Assembly (NCBI GenBank): GCA_963667175.2
Contig: CAXXXF010000018.1
Coordinates: 224,001-288,000 of the forward strand
Direction: 5' to 3'
Source: Candidatus Latescibacterota bacterium
GTDB taxonomy: Bacteria; Latescibacterota; UBA2968; GCA-2709665
Length of the DNA: 64,000 nucleotides
The position numbers were made by a program, and so were the translations under genes. A model generated the notes under the pieces. The model was not told the DNA's origin and did not search any database. It saw nothing but the letters and a program-made list of their open reading frames with translations. Below are positions 19,809-29,200 of this stretch, piece after piece (positions within the stretch are counted from its first letter, which is position 1; each line of letters opens with the position of its first letter).

Positions 19809-20930
19809 TTATGCCGTTTCCATCAGTTCCACAAAACGATCAAAGAGGTATTCCGCATCGTGCGGTCCTGCGGACGCTTCCGGGTGGTATTGTACGCAGA
19901 AGATGGGCAGGCGCCTGTGCCTCAACCCTTCCAGGGTATTGTCGTTCAGATTGACGTGGGTGACTTCCACCTCCCGGTCGTCCAGCGAATCCGCGTCCAC
20001 GGCGAACCCGTGGTTCTGGGACGTGATTTCCACCTTGCCGGTATCCAGCTCTCTGACGGGCTGGTTTGCGCCGCGGTGCCCGAATTTCAGTTTGTACGTC
20101 CGCCCGCCAAGGGCCAGCCCCAGCAGCTGATGGCCGAGGCAGATGCCGAAGGTGGGCCTGGCGTGCATGAGTTTTCGGATGTTCTCCACCGCGTAGGCCA
20201 GCGGCGCCGGATCGCCGGGTCCGTTCGAAAGGAAGATTCCGTCCGGGTCGATTTCGAGCAGCTGATCCGCCGGGGCGTCCGCAGGAAAGACCGTGACTTC
20301 GCAGCCGCGGCTGACGAGGTACCGGAGGATGTTCCGCTTGACGCCGAAATCGTAAACGGCCACCCGGAATCGGATGTTTTCGCCGTGCGTTTCCGCCAGA
20401 CCTTTCTCATAGACGAACAAGCTCTCCGACCAGCGGTAGGGTTCGCTGCAACTGGCCGCGCCGGCAAGGTCCCGCCCCGCCATGCCCGGCGCATTCCGCG
20501 CCTTTACGACCAGGCTGTCCCGGTCCGCGTCCTGGGTGGACAGGACACTTTTCATCGCGCCTTCTGTGCGGATGCGCCGCGTGAGCGCCCGCGTGTCGAC
20601 GCCCTGTATACCCAGAATGCCATGGCGTTTCAGGTAGTTGCCGAGGGATTCGCTCGAACGCCAGTTACTGGGCAGTTCACAGTATTCCCTGACCACGAAA
20701 CCTTCCACCTGGGGCCGCCCGGATTCGACGTCGATCGGATTGACGCCGTAGTTGCCAATGAGCGGGTAGGTCATCGTGACAATCTGGCCCCTGTAGGAAG
20801 GGTCGGTGAGGATTTCCTGGTATCCCGTGATGCTGGTATTGAAGACGACCTCGCCCTCGCGTTCACCGGACGCGCCGAAGGATTCTCCTTCGTAACAGGT
20901 GCCGTCTTCCAGGGCAAGTATGGCTTTCAT
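19809..20930 (-). CDS. carA: Carbamoyl-phosphate synthase small subunit
   Basis: GEVVFNT, TDPSY, SNGPGDP, GICLGHQ and QYHPEA motifs. Confidence 0.97.
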   Translation of the reverse strand: MKAILALEDGTCYEGESFGASGEREGEVVFNTSITGYQEILTDPSYRGQIVTMTYPLIGNYGVNPIDVESGRPQVEGFVVREYCELPSNWRSSESLGNYLKRHGILGIQGVDTRALTRRIRTEGAMKSVLSTQDADRDSLVVKARNAPGMAGRDLAGAASCSEPYRWSESLFVYEKGLAETHGENIRFRVAVYDFGVKRNILRYLVSRGCEVTVFPADAPADQLLEIDPDGIFLSNGPGDPAPLAYAVENIRKLMHARPTFGICLGHQLLGLALGGRTYKLKFGHRGANQPVRELDTGKVEITSQNHGFAVDADSLDDREVEVTHVNLNDNTLEGLRHRRLPIFCVQYHPEASAGPHDAEYLFDRFVELMETA

Positions 20931-21012
20931 GTACGGGTGTGACTCCTGCCGGATGATTGTTGGTGTATTCTTTGAAGCGTTGGGGTTTACGGCCCCGCGT
21001 CTTCAGCGTAGA

Positions 21013-22332
21013 CTACGCGCGATCGTGCGGACCGCATCCGTCGTCGGGAGTCCTGTGGGTCGCGCGTCCCCCGAGAATCGTCAGTACGGCCCTGCCGGTG
21101 AGGGTGCGCCCATGAAAGGGCGTGTTCCGGGACCTGGAACGGAATGCGTTCGCGTCGACGGTCCAGGTGCGCGCCGGGTCAATAACCGTAACGTCTGCCG
21201 GCGCGCCTGGGGACAGGGCGCCGCCGGGGATCCCCAGGATCCGGGCGGGTGTTACCGTTAATTTGCGAATCGTTTCGGACGCCGAAAGGATGCCGGTCTC
21301 CACAAGGTGGGTAAAAAAAGTCCCCACGGCGGTTTCCAGCCCCACGATACCGTTGGGCGCATCGGGAAATCGCAGGAGTTTTTCCGAAACGGTGTGCGGC
21401 GCGTGGTCCGTGGCAAGAGCGTCTATGGTTCCGTCGGCCAGGCCGTCCAGCAGGGCGTCGCGATCGTCGGCCGAACGCAGGGGAGGGCTCATCTTGCCCT
21501 GGGCGCCGTAAACGCGCACGTCTTCGTCCGTAAGCGCGACGTGGTGGGGCATGGCTTCGCAGGTTACGGCCAGCCCCTCGGACTTTGCCCGTCGCACGAG
21601 ATCCACCGCGCGTCGAACGCTGACGTGGAGGATATGCAGGCGCCCGCCTGTCGAGCGCGCCAGGTCGATGTCCCGCTCGACCATGGCGGCCTCGCCTTCG
21701 GCAGGCATGCCCTTGATCCCCAGATTGCGGGAAACGTCGCCTTCGTGCATGTGTCCGCCCCTTGTGAGCGCGAACACCTCGGAATGCGGGCAGACCGGAA
21801 ATCCGTGCCGTTCAGACAGGCACATAAGATCGCGCATGACGGCTTCGGACTCTATCGGCAGACCGTCGTCCGAGAATCCCACGGCGCCGGCTTCCAGCAG
21901 GGCCTCGACGTCCGTGAGTTCTCCGCCCAGCATCCCTTTCGTCGCGCAGGCGATCGGGTAGACCCGGGCATCCGCATGCTCGGCTTTGTTTTGGATGGTT
22001 TCGACGACGTCCGGAGAATCGATTGGCGGGTCGGTATTGGGGAGGCACGCAACGGCTGTAAAGCCGCCGGCAGCGGCGGCGCGGCATCCGGTTTCCACGG
22101 TTTCCTTCTCGGGAAACCCCGGATCCCGCAGGTGAACGTGCATGTCGATGAGTCCCGGGACGACCAGGTTTCCGGAGACGTCTATAACGTCCGCGTCCGC
22201 AGGGGGTTCGATTCCTTTGGCAATACGGTCGATCCGGCCATGCCGGATCAGAAGGTCCGACGGCGAATCGATCGCGTTGGCGGGATCGATGACCCGTCCG
22301 TTCTTGAGGAGAATTGGTGTGGCCGGGCTCAT
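21013..22332 (-). CDS. pyrC: Dihydroorotase
   Basis: PGLIDMHVHLRDPG, GGFT, FSDDG, ATDHAPH and SRNTPF motifs; adjacent to carA. Confidence 0.95.
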   Translation of the reverse strand: MSPATPILLKNGRVIDPANAIDSPSDLLIRHGRIDRIAKGIEPPADADVIDVSGNLVVPGLIDMHVHLRDPGFPEKETVETGCRAAAAGGFTAVACLPNTDPPIDSPDVVETIQNKAEHADARVYPIACATKGMLGGELTDVEALLEAGAVGFSDDGLPIESEAVMRDLMCLSERHGFPVCPHSEVFALTRGGHMHEGDVSRNLGIKGMPAEGEAAMVERDIDLARSTGGRLHILHVSVRRAVDLVRRAKSEGLAVTCEAMPHHVALTDEDVRVYGAQGKMSPPLRSADDRDALLDGLADGTIDALATDHAPHTVSEKLLRFPDAPNGIVGLETAVGTFFTHLVETGILSASETIRKLTVTPARILGIPGGALSPGAPADVTVIDPARTWTVDANAFRSRSRNTPFHGRTLTGRAVLTILGGRATHRTPDDGCGPHDRA

Positions 22333-22504
22333 TAGGAAACGGGGGTGCGGCGGTCGGAATTTTTGTTGCAAAGTTACCGGCGGCAGCCATTTCTGTCAAG
22401 CGGATTCCGCAAAAACAAGCGGATCGGCTTCCCCCGCTTGCTGATTCGCTTGCGCGTGCGTATCTTTGCAGGAAATCGGCTTCGGAATCGAATGGAGGTT
22501 CACC

Positions 22505-23632
22505 ATGTTTTCGGAAATCCTTATCGCATTGATCCTTACAGCGGTGATGCCGGGTCCGGCGGCCGCCTCGTCTGAAGGAGGCGTTCCGGGCGTGTCCTAC
22601 GATGCAATACCCGGACCTGAAGATCTGAAAATCGCGGCGGACGAGGACGAAGTCTTCCTGAATGGGGTGCTGAAGCGCATCTTCCCTGAAGGAACCGGAG
22701 GGTTGACGGACGAACAGAAGGGGATCGCGATCCTGCGTTACGCGTCATCGGCGCTCGAACTGAAAAACAACGGGGGGACCGCCACGAAGATCATCAGGGA
22801 GGGCTACGCGATCTGCGGCGGGTTGTCGCACGTGCATCGGGTTCTCTGCCGGATGGTCGGGCTGCCGTCCCGGTATATCGGCGCCTTCAATCTCCGTCCG
22901 ATCATGGGCAGCCACGCCATCAGCGAGGTGTACTACGGCGGGAAATGGCATCTGCTGGACCCGACGTTCGGTATCTTCTTCTATTCGAAGAAGCAGTATG
23001 ACGGCGCCGGTGAGATTCCGTCATTCCACGATCTGGTGACGTCGCCGGGCCGGTGGACCGCGTTCAAGGTGGTGGAGAGGCCGTGGATTGGCCGGTACGA
23101 CGAATCGGTGCGGTCCTTTGGGGTTGCTCCAGTAGAGGCAGACTACCTGAAGGACGTGTACCGAACTCCGATTATGAACCTCTATCGAAAGTACGTGGAC
23201 GAGACGTTTCCGATCGCCTACGGACACCGCGATCCGGTGTCCTACCCGGTCGACGCGGACCTGAGAGAAGGGGAAGAATTCCGCGTGGGCGGCGTGGACG
23301 CGAACGCCGGCGACGTGCTGAGGATGGTGAAGAACGGAACCGGGTACGTGGGCGGGCACTATCTCGGCGGGAACTATCCGCCGGGGTTCCATACATGGAC
23401 GATCCGGACGCCGGGGCCATGTCGTCTGCGGATCGAGTATTTCAGCACCCGGGACGACCCGCCCGGCCTCGAGCCGTCTCCGTTGAAGGCGGCACGAATC
23501 GTTTCGGTTCAGAAGGAGGAAAGAAGGGTCGTCATCGACCTTCAGGCGATCGGTCCGGAGGTCATTGTGGCGGTCCATTGCCCCGGAGGCGCCTTTGCGG
23601 TGGATGCCTTTCGGGCTGCGCGAATTCGCTGA
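22505..23632 (+). CDS. Secreted transglutaminase-like domain protein
   Basis: Signal peptide; Cys-His-Asp triad pattern AICGG...SHAISEVYYGGKWHLLDPT; RBS GGAGG. Confidence 0.75.
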   Translation: MFSEILIALILTAVMPGPAAASSEGGVPGVSYDAIPGPEDLKIAADEDEVFLNGVLKRIFPEGTGGLTDEQKGIAILRYASSALELKNNGGTATKIIREGYAICGGLSHVHRVLCRMVGLPSRYIGAFNLRPIMGSHAISEVYYGGKWHLLDPTFGIFFYSKKQYDGAGEIPSFHDLVTSPGRWTAFKVVERPWIGRYDESVRSFGVAPVEADYLKDVYRTPIMNLYRKYVDETFPIAYGHRDPVSYPVDADLREGEEFRVGGVDANAGDVLRMVKNGTGYVGGHYLGGNYPPGFHTWTIRTPGPCRLRIEYFSTRDDPPGLEPSPLKAARIVSVQKEERRVVIDLQAIGPEVIVAVHCPGGAFAVDAFRAARIR

Positions 23633-23678
23633 CCGGTCCGGCCACGGCATTCTTATCTTATCAGAATGGAGTCGCATT

Positions 23679-26192
23679 ATGATCCAGGTTCTGCGCGAGG
23701 AGCACCCCCGGCTGTATTGTCCTGCCGACGATCCGCAATTCCGGTTCGAACCGCCGGCGGATGCAGGGCGAAAACGCATTCTTGATAACATTATCGCGGA
23801 TTGCGAGCTCTACTATCCCCAACGGCCGTGGAAGCGGATTCCCGAGCGGGCCGACAGCCCCCATCCGTATCATCAGCTGTATCTCACGTTCTATACGGGA
23901 ATGCATGCCTCCGCACTGATGGAGCACTACGCGTTCGCGTGGCGGCTGACCGGCGATCCGCGCTGGCTGAAACGGGCGCGAGACTGGTTGCGGGCGGCGG
24001 CGGAATGGGAACACAGCGACCGGGTTGAGCAGCATTTCTATACGGCGAACCGGTATATGCAGGCTCTTGCGCTGGCGCTGGACCTGCTCGACGATGTATT
24101 GCCGGATGAGGAGAAAGAACGGGCGACCGTGTGCCTTGTCGGACTGATGAACAGATGGTGGCCGGACGTTGAGCGATCCAGGAACTCGTCCGATGGACGA
24201 CACCACGCCGTGGTCGACAACGGGCACTTCGGCGTCGCCGCGCTGCACCTGCTGGGAAAACACCCGGACGCCGAAGCCTGGGCGTCTGCCGTCGTCGACC
24301 GGTTCCGGAACGGGGTGATGCCCCACGGTTGCGGGCGGGACGGCGAGCCCGGAGACGGGCCCTCGTTCTGGCCGTGGGAGAACCTGTGGATGCTGCACTT
24401 CGCCGACGCGCTGAAAAACGTGACCGGCGAAGACCTCTACCGGGAGTTTCCGAAGCGGCTGGAACGCCCCCTGAAGTGGTTTCGATATCATCTGGCGCCG
24501 CCCGAGGTGATCGAAGACAGATTGTACTATCCCGAAAACTCGAACGTGATTTCCGGGAGCCAGCTCGATGCCTGTTCGGTCACCCTGCTGCGGCTGGCGC
24601 AGGAGGCGGGCGACGCCGGGTTGCGGGACGTCGCGCTGAGCGACCCGAGATTAGGAAGACTCTACCGGTTCGGCATGGGTGTGACGGGGACGTCGGCAGA
24701 GTGTATGGTGGCCTACGGCCCGTACGCCTACTGTTATTGCGATCCTGGGTTCCGGCCGTTGCGGCGTCGTACGGTTCCACTGCCGCTCTCCAGGACGTTC
24801 CTCCGTGCGCACTACGGGGAAGTGGGCATGCTCCGGACCTCGTGGGACCGGAGCGCCGTCGTCGCCTGCGTGGCCGGATACAAGGGCGGGGGCGCGCACG
24901 GCTTCATGAACCTTCACGCGCAGTGGGCCGGATTTCCGGTGTTGCGGTCGATATCCGCCGAGGAGGCGCAGCCCGTGGCCTGCGGGAGCCTTCCCGTGGT
25001 GGGCGGGCAGAACGAGATCGTCGCCTTTCTGAGGCGGCTGAATGGTGAGGCCCGGTTCGACCGGTTGCGGGTCAGGTCCATCCGAACGGACCATGAATAC
25101 TGGCTGCTGAAGGGCGCGTCCCCGGTCCTGGTGACCGCTCTGAGACGCCGGCGCCGCGGGGTGAAGCTGATGCGCAAACGGGATGAAGGCTTCGCTCGAT
25201 TGAACGGACGGGACTATCTGCAGTACGAACGCGAGCCCTGCTTCAATCCCAGGGCCGGTGAATTGAGGATGCGTTTCCGGCTGAACGGCGAGGTCCCGAA
25301 TGACGGTCCGAAGGTCCTGTTCAACACCGGCATCGGCGTTGGCCGGGTCATGGGAAGCCGGGTGAACAACTACTCGCTGGCGATCATGGACGGACACGCG
25401 TTGACGTTTGTCGTACAGAGCCAGCGGAACACCTCGGTGGAGGCGGTGTCGCCGGTGAAGATCGAATCCGACAGGTGGCACGACGTCGCGATTCGATGGG
25501 GCGGTTTCAATCGAAAGGGCGACCATCCGTTTATCGAGATCGAAGTGGACGGCAGGCGAGACCGGTGCGACGATCCCGCGGTCTTCGGGGAACTGGGGGT
25601 GGATTCGCAGAACCTGGAGTCGCGTTCGGAACCCCGGACGTTCTATATCAAGTCGAATACCGTGCTGGCCTTCGGCGCCGCCGTGCAGATGCCGGGTACC
25701 GCGTTGAAATGCGACTTCGCCCTGGTGGACCTGAAATGTCCCGGGCGCAGGCGGTTGCGTCTGGACTTCGAGACCGACATGGGGCCGGAAACCGGAAGCG
25801 GCGCGCTTGAATGGAAACTGAATCCGGTGGACCTGCGCGAAATCGACTCCAACCTGGCGCGGCTCGGCGCGGGGGAGCGGACGATCGACGTGCTGCCGCT
25901 CTATGGTGACGACGTCCGTTTCGGAAGGGAAGAGGTCCCGTTCGCGCCCGCGGGCCTCGCGGCGGGAAGCCTGAAGAGCTTCGTCAAAGGCTCGCGGGGA
26001 CCGAACACGCGCGTACGTCTGTCCACGCCCGACGACGTCCTGGTTTTCGCCTTCACGGAGCACAATGCGAACACGCGCGTGACGCAGAACGAAGACGGGT
26101 TCGAGTTTGAAGTCGGGACGGAACGGTACGCGTTCGACGTGAACAGGACGGGGGAGGAGATCCTGACGCTGAAACGCGACGGGACGGCCTGA
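23679..26192 (+). CDS. Heparinase II/III / alginate-lyase-like protein with an inserted LamG/ConA-like domain (tentative)
   Basis: HPRL start, helical toroid-like N-terminus with DGEPGDGPSFW, and WHDVAIRW...IEVDG (LamG-like). Confidence 0.5.
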   Translation: MIQVLREEHPRLYCPADDPQFRFEPPADAGRKRILDNIIADCELYYPQRPWKRIPERADSPHPYHQLYLTFYTGMHASALMEHYAFAWRLTGDPRWLKRARDWLRAAAEWEHSDRVEQHFYTANRYMQALALALDLLDDVLPDEEKERATVCLVGLMNRWWPDVERSRNSSDGRHHAVVDNGHFGVAALHLLGKHPDAEAWASAVVDRFRNGVMPHGCGRDGEPGDGPSFWPWENLWMLHFADALKNVTGEDLYREFPKRLERPLKWFRYHLAPPEVIEDRLYYPENSNVISGSQLDACSVTLLRLAQEAGDAGLRDVALSDPRLGRLYRFGMGVTGTSAECMVAYGPYAYCYCDPGFRPLRRRTVPLPLSRTFLRAHYGEVGMLRTSWDRSAVVACVAGYKGGGAHGFMNLHAQWAGFPVLRSISAEEAQPVACGSLPVVGGQNEIVAFLRRLNGEARFDRLRVRSIRTDHEYWLLKGASPVLVTALRRRRRGVKLMRKRDEGFARLNGRDYLQYEREPCFNPRAGELRMRFRLNGEVPNDGPKVLFNTGIGVGRVMGSRVNNYSLAIMDGHALTFVVQSQRNTSVEAVSPVKIESDRWHDVAIRWGGFNRKGDHPFIEIEVDGRRDRCDDPAVFGELGVDSQNLESRSEPRTFYIKSNTVLAFGAAVQMPGTALKCDFALVDLKCPGRRRLRLDFETDMGPETGSGALEWKLNPVDLREIDSNLARLGAGERTIDVLPLYGDDVRFGREEVPFAPAGLAAGSLKSFVKGSRGPNTRVRLSTPDDVLVFAFTEHNANTRVTQNEDGFEFEVGTERYAFDVNRTGEEILTLKRDGTA

Positions 26193-26294
26193 CGAAGGTG
26201 TCGACAGTCTGTTTTTGTTGGATTGAGAGCGGTATCGTACTTACGAGGCAGCGGCTCGCCTTCAGTGGCAACAGCGCTTACGAGATTCGCGAGA

Positions 26295-29200
26295 ATGGAT
26301 TCAGGAATTCCCCATCGAGTTGCATCGATCGACCTCGAGGTCGACAGGCAGAACGGCCGCATCCGCGCATTCGCCGCCGTTCGCTCCGACCGGGATCAAA
26401 CGCTGATCTTCAACCGCGGGAATCTCGCAACGGCATTGCGGGATCTCGACGATTTCATCAACGGCGTCGACTTCCTTCTCGGCCATAACCTGATGGGCTT
26501 CGACCTGCCGCATCTGGCCGCGGCGAAATCAAGCCTCCGACTGCTGAGGCTGCCCGCGGTGGATACTCTGAAACTGAACCCCCTCGCGTTTCCCCGGAAC
26601 CCCTATCACTGCCTCGTCAAGCACTATCAGGACCCGCAGCTCAAACAGGGGCGATTGAACGACCCGGAACTGGACGCGCGCCTCGCGCTGGAACTCTTCC
26701 GCGACCAGTGTGACGCGTTGGAAGCCGTCGGCGGGGACAACCCGGAACTGCTCCTCGCGTGGCATTGGCTCGCCACGGCATCGGGTGACAGGGCGAAATC
26801 CGACGCCTTTTCGGAGAACGAAAGGATCGGCTGCAGCGGGTTTTTCCGTGCCTTGCGCCGGTCTCATCGACCGTCAGGCATCGAGGCCCGTACCGCCATT
26901 CGCGGCCTGCTGAAAGGCAATGCCTGTGAGAATCACGGTCAGGACGTGGAACAGAATGTCGACCACGGTGACTGGCCCCTGGCCTATGCCCTCGCGTGGC
27001 TGTCGGTGGCCGGCGGAAACTCGGTGATGCCTCCCTGGGTTCGGCATCAGTTCCCTGAAGCGGGGCGGTTCGTCCGCCGGTTGAGGGACAAGCCCTGTGG
27101 TCGGCAGGACTGCGAATGGTGCGGCGAGCGGCACGATCCACGCAAGGAACTCAATCGCTGGTTTGGCTTTGACCACTTCAGACCGGAGCCGGCAGGCGCG
27201 GACGGTCGACCGATGCAGCAGTCCATCTGCGAGGCCGCGATGGCCGGTGACCATGTACTTGGAATCCTGCCGACGGGTACCGGCAAGTCGCTTTGCTATC
27301 AGATCCCTGCCCTCTCCCGTTACGACAAAACCGGCGCTTTGACCGTGGTGATTTCGCCGCTTGTCGCGCTCATGGCGGACCAGGTTGCAGGTCTGGAGGC
27401 GAGTGGAATCACCTCGTGTGTGGCGATCAACGGGTTGCTTTCGATGCCCGAGCGCGCCGACGCCCTGGACCGGGTGCGACTCGGGGACGCGGCGATTGTG
27501 CTCGTTTCCCCCGAGCAACTCCGCAGTCAATCCTTCCGTCGCGTACTGGACCAGCGCGAAATCGGCGCCTGGGTGCTGGACGAGGCCCACTGTCTATCCA
27601 GGTGGGGGCACGACTTCCGTTCCGATTACCGCTATATAGGACGGTTCATCCGTGAGAAGGCCGGACAGGAGTCAATCCCTCCGTTGATATGCCTGACGGC
27701 GACCGCAAAGCCCGACGTCGTTGCGGACGTCCGACAGCATTTCCAGGATGAATTGGGGATTCAGTTAAGGGTATTCGACGGCGGGGCCCAGCGCACGAAT
27801 CTGGATTTCGTTGTCGTACAGACAACCGAACCGGAGAAATTCGCCCACGTCCACCAGATACTGATGGCGGACCTTCCACCGGAGACGCCCGGGGGCGCCA
27901 TCGTCTATTGCGCGACCCAACGCCAGACAGAAGAGGCTGCACAGTTCCTGCAGCTTAAGGAAGTCGAGGCCGAGCATTTTCACGCGGGGTTGTCCCCTGA
28001 AACGAAGAAGGACGTGCAGCAACGATTCATCGGCAGCGAGTTGCGGGTGATCACGGCCACCAATGCCTTCGGCATGGGCATCGACAAGCCGGACGTGCGC
28101 CTGGTGATCCACGCCGACATTCCCGGATCGCTGGAGAACTACATGCAGGAGGCCGGCCGCGCCGGTCGGGACCGGAAGACCGCGCGATGTGTTCTGCTAT
28201 ATACCGCGGACGACGTGGAACGGCAGTTCGGCATGTCGGCGCGTTCGCGACTGACCCGGCGGGAGATCCACGGCGTCCTGAGGGCGCTCCGCAATCTGGA
28301 TCGGAAGAAGCGACTCGGCGGCGAGGTTGTCGCGACCTCAGGTGAGATCCTTGGTGAAGACGACGAATTGGTCTTCGAACGGGACTCCGCCACGGACGAT
28401 ACCCGCGTGCGGACCGCCGTCTCCTGGCTTGAAGAATCCGTATTGTTGTCCCGGGAGGAAAATCGGGTACAGATATTTCCCTCGTCTCTGAGGGTAGACA
28501 CGGTGAAGGAAGCAAGTGCAAGATTCCAGAGGCGAAGAATTACTGAGGGATATCGACGGCAACTGCTGAGAATCGTCGAGGCGCTCATCGATGCGAACCC
28601 CGACGAAGGCATCTCCACGGACGAACTGATGGGTGTTGCCGGGTTGAGTCCCGAAGGTGTACGCGGCGCCATGTTCGATCTCGAGCGGCTCGGAATTGCC
28701 ACGAACGATACGGCATTGACCGCCTTCGTCCACGCTGGCGTAATCAACCACTCACGCAAGAGATTCGAAGTGGCGGAGGAGCTGGAAGTCGCCTTGATCG
28801 CGCACATGCGTGAGGCGGCGCCCGATATGTACAAGGGTGACAGTTCGACTCTGCATCTGCGTGTCGCCTCACAGAAACTGCGAGACGCGGACGTGGTCGA
28901 TCCCCTGCCCGAACGACTGTGGCGCATTCTCCGCAGTATCGCCGCCGATGGGCGCGGCGAAGGGGGTGACGCGGGAAGTCTCGGTATTCGGCGGCGGGAC
29001 GGCGAAACGGTGCACGTCGAATTAAGGCGCGAGTGGTCGGACCTGCAGGAACTCGCGTCCCGACGGCGAGAGGGCGCGAAGCGCCTGCTGGATCATTTGC
29101 TGGCCAGTCTGCCGCCCGGGAGCCGCGGCACCGACCTGCTCGCGGAGACCACCCTCGGCAAGCTATTGGATGCCATCACTTGCGACATCGTCTTGAAGAG

